64,000 bases of DNA, taken from positions 39,180,817 through 39,244,816 of the forward strand of contig JAHRHZ010000222.1 in assembly GCA_024137785.1 (NCBI GenBank). Direction: 5' to 3'. Position 1 is the first letter of the stretch, and each line of letters opens with the position of its first letter. Below the pieces are notes generated by a model. The model saw only the letters and a list, made by a program, of their open reading frames with translations, ran no database searches and was not told the DNA's origin. Positions 51,551-63,604 of this stretch are shown here, piece by piece. The stretch comes from Ginglymostoma cirratum. Taxonomy: Eukaryota. A program made the position numbers and the translations under genes.

Positions 51551-54500
51551 GGTGGGGTCTATGTATTTGGGAGGACTTCTCTTAGGGCACTTTCCATTGC
51601 ACTTTGCCAAGTTATTCTTGGCCTTCCACTCTTCTTTTCATTTGACGGCAATTCAGTACTTGGCACCATTCTCTAGACTTTCTGCACATGGCCCAACCAA
51701 CTGGGGCCTATTGTCAGCTGCTTTGCTTTTCCTCTATCTGACTCCAAACTAATAACTAATAATGTATAACATGAACAATAACATTTAAATTTTCATGTGT
51801 CAGAACACCATTGTCATTTCTTAAATATCTCCATAAATAAATCAGGCTGGATAGTCCATGAATCACCTGCTATTGGATATTAATTGTATTGCATGGCTAA
51901 GAACAGCATCTGTGTATACACAATTTGGGTAAAAAGTACAGCCTCAGTGATAATTCACTGATTGAATAAATATTTCTTATAATAGGATAATCAGCAGTGT
52001 GCACATGAAGGGATTAAGTTTTGATCCTGGTTTCCTTCATGGTCACAGTGAGTAATTAAAAGTTGTCCTTAAGAATCTGGGCTACAGATTGCCAAAAATA
52101 AGCCAAGAAATATGCCCTGATGCTATCCAGTGTCTCAACCTTGCAAATTGTATAGGTGTTTGTTCAAACGTAATGAGGCTTGTTTCAATTGTCTCATACA
52201 GTTGAATAGTTTTCATGTGATGAATGCTCAGTTTGATAGGGCACCTTGAGGATTGTCGACACCAAAGAATGTGTTCTGGAGCAAGTCAAGGGAAGATGAG
52301 TCATTTTTCAACCAATAGAAAGGATTCCGCTGTCATGTGATTTTTATTCCACTGATGCCTCCTCTCACCACTGGCTAAATGTTATTCCAATTTCTGGGAA
52401 ATGGAAATATATCCCAGTGGTTCTCTGGGCACATCTAATACAATTAAAAAAGAAATTCCCTTGTTATAAAAATCAGACATCTCTGATTTGGCAAAAATGG
52501 AGTTTGCAGACAATGCAGTAAAACTGAAGGGCCTCAGTGTATATTAAATTACTATTTTTATTAAACATTTTATGACACCATTAATTTAAATCTTTAAAAT
52601 ATTAATTTATCCAGATTTATGATATTACTTTGAAATTGGTGAACTTTGAATGCAGCAAATTTTAACAACACGTCTGGCAATTTTTAAAATTATAATAATC
52701 CCATCTCCATTAAATGGATATTTTATGTATCTCAAGGTGTATGCAATTATATTACCAAGAGAAATTATATTAAACAATGTAAGTTTAATTTTTTCTGAAA
52801 CAAAAATTCCATAGCTAATCTATGTTGTAACAGATCACCTCCAGCCTATTTCACACAGCATGAATGCATTATGAAAACTGATCTCTGTGGCATCATCTCT
52901 GCTTTACTAGAGCATAACAAAGCTGAGATACAATAAAGACGATCAGGTGTACTTTATCAGTATTCAAAATTCAGTTTATTAAACTTACCCTAAAAGCCCA
53001 AGAGAATGCTGCTTATACATCCCAGTGCACCAGCAACATACTTGTATTTGTTTATAATATAGATACAAATATATTTTAATTTAAGCAATAAGTTTTTTGA
53101 ATTTAAGGCAATGAAAGCTTTTCTTACATTGCGAGATTTAAAATTCATGTGTTCATGGTTGTCAGAAATGTTCTCCTGTGGATTACACCATGACATAATC
53201 ACTTTCATCAGGCATATGTGTTTGAGAATAATTGCCGAAGACCCAGAATCTGTCTTGAATCTAATATTTTTCAGGCCACTAAATTCAATGTAATCTCTTT
53301 GGAAATGTTAGAATTCTTTTTGAGTTCCTAATTAATGAAAAAGAATTGCTACGTCGATGGACTTTAAGGAAAAGAATTATGGCAGTAAGGGGAAGATAGG
53401 AAGATTTTAATATTTCTTGTTTCTCTGGCCTGTATCAAAAGCTCTGAGGTGTGTGGGCACTGGACATATGTCACTGTTTGGCTGTGGCAGAGGTGAATTG
53501 TTTGAGCATTTTTCATTTATGCATGACTGTTGACTTTCAGGAGTACAATATGTTGCATGGATAGTTCTGCTCACATATGATGACATGAAAAAAACTATAA
53601 GATATATTTCAGTAGAAAACTTCAGTTCTTAGTTGCATAATGACAAAATATATCCATCAGATGGATGTTTATAAAGTTGCTCACAGGTTAATCCTTATCT
53701 TTGTTTTCATGATAAACAATTAAAGTTTACCATTTCAAAAACACTTCAGTGGGTGGAAAGCATCTTGGGGAATCCAGTGGTTGTGAAAAGCATGATGAAG
53801 AAGCAAATCTTCTTTTTATTTTAAATTGCAACGTTTGATTATTTGGGTAGTTTATGGTGAACAGATGTGCTGCTTAATTTTGCCACCAAAAACATTTTGT
53901 GATTCCATGGGCACTGAAAATTCCTCCATTTCCTCACCATGCTGACAAACTTTATCTAAGTGTCAACATGGACTGTCAGCAAGCTATTCAACTGTGAAGA
54001 GACATCACAACCAAGGCTAATCCTCTCCTCTCCTGCCATTCAAAAACACGCACATTCCACAAGCAATCTGTAGTTAGCAATCAAAGATTGGATCTCTGGC
54101 TCAGAGACACACAGAAGATATATGTAATGGCTATCAGCAAGCTGGCCACGGTCAGGTAACTTAGAATCAGCCAAGAATTTAATATTCATAAGAATTTGAA
54201 GCCCTGCTTTATGGCTTAGCAAAATACCATTTGGTACATTTACCAAAGACGCCATCACAGAAAATCCTTTGCGTTTTTGAGCTAATTATCCTCATCATCT
54301 CTGATTGTTCCAATTAAAGAAGTACAACATTAACTTTGACTCAAATGTAATTCCCCTGGGGCTCCCTTTTGTTGCTCAGTGAGTTTATCCAGTGATTAGC
54401 TGAGAGTACAGATAAGGGGGTTCCCAGCTTCAGTCCCCAGTCTATGCTAATTTAATGAATTTAAAGCCGGATTGCACATCGATACATTGTAAATGTACCA

Positions 54501-56614
54501 TCAGTGCAATGTATTAAACTAGCCACTGTTCTTATCGCTAACCATTGACCTTTTCCCTAATTTCACGAGGTTAATTTTCACTTTAGGCAGAAGTGGAAAA
54601 TTGAGGATTAGCTTTCCATTACGCATTCTGCCAAATTCCCTTTCCAATAAAATCAATGAGGAATGAATGGACTATCCAAATGTAGAATATCAGAATGTCT
54701 GTCCATATGCAAAGTAAAATTCAGCTTCATTGTTTTTAAATATTGAGTGGGCATAAAATCAAGTTCAAATGTAATGCTCCCCATGGTCAATCATTCTGTT
54801 CATACTTTCTGTGAAATTTACATACAAATAATTGCAAGATTTAAGAAATGTTTCGATAAGCACGTGAAAAGCAATAACATACAAGGCTACAAGCCAAAGT
54901 GTCGGAAAATGATATTAGAATAGATAGGTGCTTGGTGACCAATTCAGACCTGATGGTAAAATCCTTGATGACTCTAATTCTAAAGTGATGTGGAATCATG
55001 CCACAGCAAGTAGTCAATTAAAGGAGAAAATCGTTAGTACAATTTGACAAAACCACTAGTTTCTCATGTGGTTATTATTTAATTTCAATAACTAATCAAA
55101 CCTTCAATGAAAAAGAATTCTAAATTTAAGATCATGAAAATATAATATGAAACTCTTTTCTGTCATTCGTGAACATTCTGAAATTACTGAATGTCATTCA
55201 TTCAGTTTAAAAGTCACACCAAATTATAGAACATACTGGTGTAGCAATTCACACAGAATTATTTCCTATCGATTGCATATACTTCGTATCTAATGAACTT
55301 TCACTTGCTCTAAAAATTATTTTATGTGCCAGTATATATCTAAAAGATTCAAATTCATAAACAAGCATTTCAGCCGATCCCTGGAGCTATCCAACACAGT
55401 GAGTCAGTTTCCACAAAATAGCAGAAATTGCTTAAATTTCTATGTGAAAATGATTAGATCAGGAAAAAAACTCGGGATTGTATTTCTTTTAGGAACATGA
55501 GCCTTGAAATTGCTCTAAGCAACATTATCTTAACATGTTCACAGTGGACGTCTATCTCTGTTGTTGTAACAGAGGCGTAAACTCATTTATTTTAAACAGG
55601 TTAATGTTTGTTTAAATAAAAATTTTACAGAATTTCTCACTAACTTCTGGATTAACATCTTTTGGTGTATAACATTTACTTCTGTAACTCTTCTTCCTAT
55701 GCAGTATCAGTATTAAATAGTCCTAGATTTGGAATAGCAAAGGTCAGTTGCTTTCTGACAATTGCAGACAATGTGCCTGAATACTTCAAAGAAGCAGCCT
55801 TGTGTGTACTGTACTTTATCCTGTCAATGAGAATGCCAGATCATGGCCTTTTTTCTTGTTGTAGACTCGTGATCACTAGAAACTGAGTAGATGCTCCTCG
55901 AGTTCATTTCACGCCTCGAGTTCATTTCACTTAAGAGCCCTGATAACAATATGAGAAAAGAAAGAAATCAAAAATAACTTTAGAGTCTATCTGGACTGCA
56001 TTGAACCCAATCCCAGAAATGGACATGGGAGCTGCTTTGAACTTTATTGCCTTTTTTGTTACACCAGAGATTTTCTTTATAGGTCTATTGTTCTGTGGAA
56101 TTTTGGCCTCCAAATGAAAAAGTTCCTGATGAGAGTACCCATTAGAATTTGTTCAAATCTGTCAACAGTTTTCCGCAGAGTACAAACAGTGCTCTTAAAA
56201 CAAACCCTCCACCTCCTGTAAAAGTGTACAAGAAATAGTTGGCAGCTTTGTAAACACCAAACTGTGTGCTCAAATCTCACTACAGAAAATATCCAAGTGC
56301 TCCGTGAGCAACAACTATGCTTGTAACTAGTGGAAGAAGTCAGCTGAGATGATGAGGATCTGGAATAGTTTTAGCTTTTTCTGTAGTGGTGCATTTATCT
56401 CAAACAACCTAAGTATTTGAAAAGTAGAGACAATTTTTATTTGGTCATTCAAAAAAACCTTTACATCTATGATATGTTCTTTCACTTCTTCATATTGTTT
56501 ACTTTTTTACTTCTATTGCCCTTTCTTTACAGTTAAAATACTCACAATCAAAAGAAGGAAACTCAAATTTCTCAGTGCAATGAATTGGTGCCAGTCTATT
56601 GCCAGACCTAACAC

Positions 56615-56710
56615 AAAAAATGGTGGAGAAACTCAGCGGGTCAGGTAATCTCAGTGCAGACAGAAACAGAATTATCATTTTGACTCCGGTATGAATCTTC
56701 TTTAGAACAT
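56615..56710. repeat. Penelope-type short repeat remnant
   Basis: 'tggtggagaaactcagcgggtcaggtaatctcagtgcagacagaaacagaattatcattt' resembles 61185-61275. Confidence 0.5.
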
Positions 56711-57411
56711 TGTCAGAGCTCCTGTGACTGATCTATACACTTCTTCATTCCTCTTATATGGTGGCAGCTTTGCTATTGGATCTTCTCCAATCTGTGCAAG
56801 TCGCAAATGCACTTGGTTCTAGGTTGGCTTCTCTTTAGGTTTCCACAGTTTACATCCCCAAATGATAGTTTGAACACTGGCCTTTTGCTTGCTGTGAAGG
56901 GCAGCCAAAAATAAGTTTCAAGATGGTTGATACTGAGCCACAGGACTCAGGGACATCCCAGATTTGATTACAAACACAAGTGGGAGAACTTCATTTCGCC
57001 CCAGTGTTCCTAGAGAAAGGTAAGATATCAGCCTGAATGTTCTTTCCCTAATTATTTTTGAGTTGAAAAAGCATGTGTGTAGACATCTGATGAGGGTGGG
57101 ATCGATCTTGATTGCAATGACTGGCATTCATAGAATGATCCATGAAGCCAGGAATCACTACCTTCCGAGAAAGAAAGGAATAGCATTAGGATGAGAAATT
57201 GGAAAGTTAAATGTTGTAAAATGGAAATTATTTTATCAAAGGTAAGCCCATCAAACACTCAGCTTAGGAATTCCGCTTCAAAGAGAAATGCTGAATCTTA
57301 GTTATTCATTCTTCCTTGTCCCAATTAACAAATAAGTTCTCATTACTCTGCAAAGAACTTAAGAAATTTGTTTTACTTTGTTTTCTAGTGGATATAATTA
57401 TATTGTTTTGG

Positions 57412-57680
57412 ATGTCAGCAGTGGCTCAGTTGGTCATACTCTTGCCTCTGTGTTCAAATCACACTCCTTAGCCCGAGTATATAAAAAAACTGACACTCCA
57501 GTGCAGTTTTGAGGACCTGCTACTCTGTCAGAAGTGTTGATAAGCCAAAGCTTTGTCTGCCCTCTTGAATGAATATAAATGATACCAAGGTGATACTTTG
57601 GAGAAGAGCAGGAATGTTATCCTTGATGTAGTGCCCAATATTTTTCCTTGAGTGTCATGCAAAAAAAAATCAGCTGACTG
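57412..57680 (+). mobile_element. Deu-domain (SacSINE1-like) SINE, 5' part
   Basis: tRNA head 'gtggctcagttggt..gttcaaatc', then 'ctgacactccagtgcag..tgagga' and 'gtctgccctctt..gagaagagcagg..ccaatatttt' Deu core. Confidence 0.7.
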
Positions 57681-57689
57681 GATAACACC

Positions 57690-58577
57690 GACTTCGGTGG
57701 TATAAAGGTCAGTGAAGAAGGTTATCCAAGATTACAAAGAGATCTGCATCAGTTGGGTCAATGAGCTGAACAGTGGCAGATGGAATTTAATTTGGATAAA
57801 TACGAGGTGTTGCATTTTGGTAAAACAAACAAGGGCAGGACTTATGCAGTTAATGGTAGAGCCCTGGGTAGTGTTGTAGAAAAGAGACACCTAAGGGTTC
57901 AGGTACATAATTCTTTGAAATTTGCATCATATGTAGACAGGGTCATTATCAAGGCATTTAGCACACTTACCTTCATTGCTCAGACCTTTCAGTTTAGGAT
58001 TTGGGACATCGTGTTAAGGTTGTACAGGATGTTGGCAAGGCATATTCTGGAGCACTGCATGCAGTTCTGATCGCCCTGTTATAGGAAGGATATTATCAAA
58101 CTGGAGAGGGTTCAGAAAAGATTTACCAAGGTGTTGTCAGGAATGGAGAGTTTGAATTATAAAAATAGTCAGGATAGGCTGGGACAGTTTTCACTGGAGT
58201 GTAGAAGGTCGAAAGGTGACCTTATGGAGGTTTATAAGATCATCAGGGGCATAGGTAAGGTGAATAACAAAGGTCTTTTCCCTAAGGTGGGGCAGTTCAA
58301 AACTAGGGGGCATATTTTTAAGGTGAGAAGAGAAAGATTTAAAAAGGACATGCGGGGCAATTTTCTTAAACAGAGAGTGGTTAGTGTGTGGAATGAACTG
58401 CCAGAGCAAGAGGTGGATGCAGGTACAGTTACAACATTTAAAAAACATTTGATAAATACATGAGTAGGAACGATTTGGAGGGATATGGGCCAATTGCAGT
58501 TTAGTTTGGGAACATGGTCAGTGTGGACTAGTTGGGCTGAAGGGTCTATTTCCATGCTGTATGAATCTATGACTCCA
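57690..58577 (+). mobile_element. HER1-like CR1 LINE 3' ~0.9 kb (relatively young)
   Basis: ORFs 57780-58070 (MEFNLDKYEVLHFG..LYRMLARHILEHCMQF) and 58131-58463 (LGQFSLECRRSKGDLMEVYKIIRG..TRGH..QRVVSVWNELP), with an intact tail. Confidence 0.95.
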
Positions 58578-58619
58578 AGGAAATAAAAGCTAAGAGATTA
58601 TAAAAACGGTAGTCATATC

Positions 58620-59130
58620 ATGGCAGGAATTTGGTATGCAGCTCTGATCAGTATAGGAAAGATGTGCTTGCACCAGAGACGGTACAGGAGAAATTTACGA
58701 ATGTGTTGCCTCGACTAGAGAATATCAGTCATTAGGAAAGGTTGGATAGGTTAGGACTTTTATGTTCAGAATAGATGAGGTGAAGGGGAAAACTATGGTA
58801 TAAAATTATGAGGTGACTGGGAAGCCCTTATTCCCTTTGGTTGAGGTGTCCATAGTCAGATGATGTAGATTCAGGGTAAGCATTGGGAGATTTAGAAGGG
58901 ATTCAGTGAGAAATATTTAACCTTGAGGATGACATCAATCTGAAACTTGCTATCTAAAAGAGTGGTGCAGGCAGAAACCCTCAAATATTTGAAATCTTTT
59001 TGGGCATGCGGTTGAAGTGCCATAAAATACAAGGTTATGGACCAAACATCGGAGAGGCTGGATGGTTACTTGTCATCTAGTGTGGACATGATGGGCCGAA
59101 TGGTCTCCTTTTGTGCTGGAACCTTTTATG
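58620..59130 (+). mobile_element. Older CR1 3' fragment
   Basis: YRKDVLAPETVQEKFTNVLP trace and tail 'atgatgggccgaatggtctccttttgtgctg'. Confidence 0.8.
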
Positions 59131-59144
59131 TTGATGATATTCGT

Positions 59145-59285
59145 CAGAATTTGTGGAGTGAAATTGGCTACCACAGTTTCTACAATACAACAGTGACTAC
59201 ACTTAAAAGTACTTTGTTTCATGTATAGTGCGTTGCGAAGCCCAGTGGTCATGAAAAACACTTTTTAAATGCACGTCTTTCTTTC
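59145..59285 (+). mobile_element. Deu-domain SINE 3' tail
   Basis: 'aaattggctaccacagtttctacaatacaacagtgactacacttaaaagtactt...gtcatgaaaaacactttttaaatgcacgtctttctttc' matches the tail at 26280-26400. Confidence 0.7.
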
Positions 59286-60557
59286 TCGTTCCTTTGCTTT
59301 GGCCTCTGGCATATATCCTTGTTCCTATTTCCAATCAAGTAGAGAGCATGACAGAAATCATTAACTGAAATCAAGGATGAAGAAACCAATAAACTTCCCT
59401 AGGGATAACAAAAAAAACAGAAGCTTCTTATGTCCAAAGCATTTTGGAGCCTCATTTCTACTTAATCTCTATTTTCTATCAGTTCCAACAACCCTTTGTG
59501 TTGTTGTAACCTCTCACCAACCCTAATTTCAAACTACATTTACATTGGATTAGTATTTCTACAGGTTGTCTGCATAGAATGTCTTATTGAGCAGCTCCTG
59601 ACTGCAGCATAAAACGAGACAGATGATTCGAAAAGCAGCCCAACGAAAAGGATTTGGCCTAATTTAACCTTCTGTTGCTCTTAGTTGATTAGATGAAGAA
59701 GATGGTGTGATCAGCATTGTTGAAATTCAGCATCTTTCCCCTGTATGTCATTTAATTAGGAAGTGCTTGTCACTGCTCTGACTGCAAACTGCACGTACTC
59801 CCATGCTTGCTTGCTTTTGTGAAACACCTGAGACATCAGAAAATATGCCTGAAAAGTGCAGCATAATATTTTTTCTATTTTATGGGCCCATGCGAATGGT
59901 TTAATAAAAAGCAGATCGCGGCAAATACAAACGTTACAAATGCTTTGACGTTGGTCACAACTCACTCAGCCCCTGTGACCTAATGTTCCTCTGATGATGA
60001 AGCATGACTGATCTTGGGGTATGAGGAGTGGAAGGCACCTCCTAGTTAGCATGGAAGTATTACGGAAGCTCCAAAGCCCCAGCTAGTGTTGTAACCACTG
60101 TAATCTATTTCACATCTGTGTCTAGCAGCAGAAAGGAGAGAGGTGAAGTGGATCAAACTGCAGGAGGGTGGCAATGGTAAGAAAGCTGAAGATATTTTCC
60201 CCGCTCTGCATAAGACCACCTGTCCAACCTTGACAGATTGCTACATGGGGAGCCACACAAGATTTAATCAAATGAATGCGGTATTCTTTGTCAAAATACA
60301 GTGCATTCCTGTGAAGTCTGTGACTAATTTTCCACAATGTTTTTACAGTTAACAGCATGCACTTAAAAGGAGTCCATAAAAACGATGTTGCACCGTAATG
60401 CAAATACGTCTGCAGAAAATGCATGTACAATTGATTTTATTTTTCTAGTCAGAGATTGTTTACTGTTGTTTCTTTTTAATTTAAATTTTCTAGATAGCAG
60501 ACAGATAAAGTGATATGGAGTATAAAGCAATGTAATTAAAAATAAAAGCAACTTATT

Positions 60558-60725
60558 CTGGAATTATACAGGAGATCAGATAGCATGTATAAAGAGAAAA
60601 GACACATTACAGCATTTTGGATGCATACTTTTCATCAGAGTGAAGGCTGATGAAGGATACAATGTTGGAATCCCATAAACTGAATCTCTTTTCAGATACT
60701 GACTGATCTTAAATGTATTTACAGC
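60558..60725. repeat. Imperfect palindromic Penelope/MER6-like repeat
   Basis: Arms 'ctggaattatacaggagatcagatagcatgtataaagaga' and 'tctcttttcagatactgactgatcttaaatgtatttacag'; centre TTCATCAG-agtgaagg-CTGATGAA. Confidence 0.65.
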
Positions 60726-61179
60726 TTACAGATTTTCAGCTTAGCATCTTTTCTTGTCATAATACCCTTATTATTAACGGTTACAAGTTAATCAATCAAC
60801 TTAATGATGAGGCAGATAGTGAAACCAATTTGATCTGGCCACAGTTGGTCTAATGGCTTTTTATGTGCTTTGATTCAGGAATGATGTTAATGTTTTGGTG
60901 GGTTACAGAAGAGTCTCAAGGCTAGCAAAGATGTGAGATTTTACTTACAAGAGGTACAAGAAACTGGGGGCTGAATTTTACCAAAAATCAGTTAAGTGTC
61001 AACTTTGGTGAGTTTCACTGATGATTTCTCTCCATGAGTTATAGCAAGTTATCTCATGCAATATTACATCGCTGACCTCATTATATATGTATGATGATGC
61101 TATAATATCACACTTATTTATTGTACATTCACCAATGGCAGATGTACTTGACCCTGCACAGACTTTACTATATTTAAAA

Positions 61180-61322
61180 CAAAAACGGAAATTGCTGGAA
61201 AAGGTCAGTAGGTCTGGCAGCATCTGTGAAGAGAAATCAGAGTTAACACTTCAGGTCCAGTCACCCTTCCTCAGTTCTATTTCTGTTTCTGATTTCCAGC
61301 ATCCGCAGTTCTTTCGGTTTTA
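61180..61322. mobile_element. Penelope-type short repeat (second family)
   Basis: 'aaaacggaaattgctggaaaaggtcagtaggtctggcagcatctgtg..gagttaacacttcaggtccagtcacccttcctcag' followed by the inverted tail 'gatttccagcatccgcagtt'. Confidence 0.7.
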
Positions 61323-61717
61323 ATTCACCATATTCAAAGCCCAGCTGTTGCCACTCGTGGATAGTTCTGCAGAGTAGACACAGAGTGAAATGGAAAAGAA
61401 AAGCTTTAGAGGACACATAGATGGTGTAGGTGGCCCTTCACTGCATATAGAATCTCATCTTTGTAAACATATTGCTACTTTACATTGTCACATGTCTGAT
61501 TGACTGTCAATGTAAATGCTGCTGCAAAAATAAAGCTACACAGGTTACCTATCTTTAACACCATACCATGATAGAGTCCGGTCTAGGGGACTGCTACTCC
61601 TTCCCTAACATTGCTCAATGTGGGAGCATGCTTTGCTTGAAAGCCTGCAAATGGATGAAACTGTTAACTTTTATTCAAAAACAGGCAAAGGAAAGAAAAA
61701 AATACAAAGAAAAAACA

Positions 61718-61850
61718 ATTTCTGAGGAAGGGTCTAGGCCTGAAACTAGGCTTTCCTGCTCCTATGATGCTGCTTGGCCTGCTGTGTTCATCCAGCTCTA
61801 CACCTTGTTATCTCGGATTCTCCAGCATCTGCAGTTCCTACAATCTCCAA
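61718..61850 (+). mobile_element. Penelope-type short repeat with hammerhead core
   Basis: CTGAGGA(61722)-AGGGTCTAGGCCT-GAAAC(61746), then 'gatgctgcttggcctgctgtgttcatccagctc..ttctccagcatctgcagttcc'. Confidence 0.8.
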
Positions 61851-61939
61851 AAAAAAAGCTGTTTGCCTCTGGGAGCAAATAGGGACTGCTCACCTTTTTG
61901 GTAACAAATTTACAGTGAATGAATGATCTCTTCACATCT

Positions 61940-63102
61940 CCTAGAAGTGAGTGTCAATTAAATCTGGTTTATTGCGCCCGGTGCTGTCCTGCTTTATTAA
62001 ACTGAAGGTGAAGTCATTCCTGCTGTATATCCTCATCATCCTCATTGGAAAACTGTTGCCACTTTCCCTGTTCTTCAGAGTCCATCTCCATCTCCTCTTT
62101 GTCTGCTCCATCTATGGAATTGGATTTTGTGGCATTGGGCCATATTGCAAGGGCCCCCAAAATGGTCCAAGGAACAGAACTTCATCTTCAGGCAGCCTAT
62201 CATCTGCTTCAGGTGGTCCTGACGGAAGAAAGGGTTGTATTGTATCTTTGTTCAGCCTCAGTCAGGGGGTGTGTAATGGAGTCATCAGCCAAGGTTGCAG
62301 AGGATAGTCCCTGTCTCTCAGTGACCATTCTTGGAAGGCATCTGGCCCTTAAAACAACATGAGAGTTCTCAAGGATATAAAAATCATGTCAACTTCTACG
62401 GTACGTGGCATAGATTTCTTACTTGTGGTACCAGTGATCACAGTTGATTTGGATCGAAGAGGAGCCTTTTCTGTTGATGAAATTTTCCCCATTATGATAT
62501 GGAACTCTCTTGTCACGAGGTGTACCATGCCCTGCACCAGGAGAAGCAAGCTAGATTGGTAAAGCCTACTGCCTGGTCTGCGGCACTGACCTCATCACAG
62601 GGAAATTAAACGAAGCAGTAGGATCGGGCACCAACAGCATCAGTAATAACCTTGATACATCTGTGGGTTAAGGGTTGGGAGATCCTACACAGGTTCCTAG
62701 AGGACCCTTGGAAACAGCCAGTTACACAAATGTTGAGCGCAGCTGTCACCTCGAAGACCACCTGAATAGGATCACCACTCCCACCTTCGGGTCGCAGGTA
62801 CTGCTTCAGCACTTGACATAGTTCTCAGCGTTGGGGTCCTGGGACATCCACAGTGTCTGGTGACACTGTGCCACGCTCATCTGTAGGAATTGGCATTGAA
62901 GATGATAGACTCTGACTGTCCAGTACCACCTCCTCATCCTGATGGGACCTTCAACTCTGCTGTCATCATGTAGAGGCTTTTAGCAGCCACTGGAAGTTGC
63001 TGCTGGTCCTGGGTTTGATGACACATTTGTTCCTCAATTTTTTCTGAGCCTTCATCACAACAGAACAACAATGCTGATAGCCCCTGCTGTGACAGGATCC
63101 AT
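61940..63102 (-). mobile_element. PIF/Harbinger transposase pseudogene, near full length
   Basis: From ATG 63102 (MDPVTAG): RVYHLQCQFLQMSVAQC, VTAALNICVTGCFQG..LCRISQP.THRCIKVITDA, FINRKG, CDH, HDFYILENS, YPLQPWLMTPL.TPLTEAEQRYN, IGCLKMKFCSLDHFGGPLQYGP, then an acidic tail. This is the full HARBI1-type motif series with frameshifts and stops. Confidence 0.9.
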
Positions 63103-63604
63103 TGGTCACAGTTCCAATGAATCTATGTGGGGAATATCAGAACAGAAGAGATTCTTAGTAATGTAAATAGTTAGTATTCACATCACACATAAAAGACACT
63201 TTATCATAGTTTTTGACATGGTGGGACATAGAGGAATGTGATAAGAATGTACATGGAATGACTTTACAGGAATCTTTGGCAAAATGGACCTTTTTCAATG
63301 ACTGTATCACAATCCATACAGTAAACACAGTACTGGCGGCAGGAAATACTGAATCTCTGCTCCACACCCTTACTCAACCCCATCACCGAAGAAATGTAGC
63401 ATTGCATACAACAGCAGGGTGGCAAATACAATGCACTGTATGTGCTTCATATGCAGGGTACCATGATTACAGATATCTTTAACCTGTATTGTATCAGTGC
63501 CTACTGAATATAATTGAAGGACGTCACATTGCTCACAGGTAGAGATGTGTTCAGACAGAAATTTTTGGGCATGGTGGCAGCCATTTTCCATTTTGTACTT
63601 GTGG

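Noticed and set aside
55896-55930. Perfect 17-bp direct repeat (CCTCGAGTTCATTTCAC twice, 18-bp period)
   Set aside because: A simple two-copy microduplication with no supporting structure. A similar case is AGCTATTAATTTGCTAT twice at 39303-39339.
58191-58555. 100-107 aa minus-strand ORFs
   Set aside because: Antisense shadows of the CR1 RT frame. The same applies to 25146-25385, 32394-32705 and 19070-19490.
61951-62562. Plus-strand ORFs of 118, 105 and 67 aa
   Set aside because: Antisense to the Harbinger transposase pseudogene.
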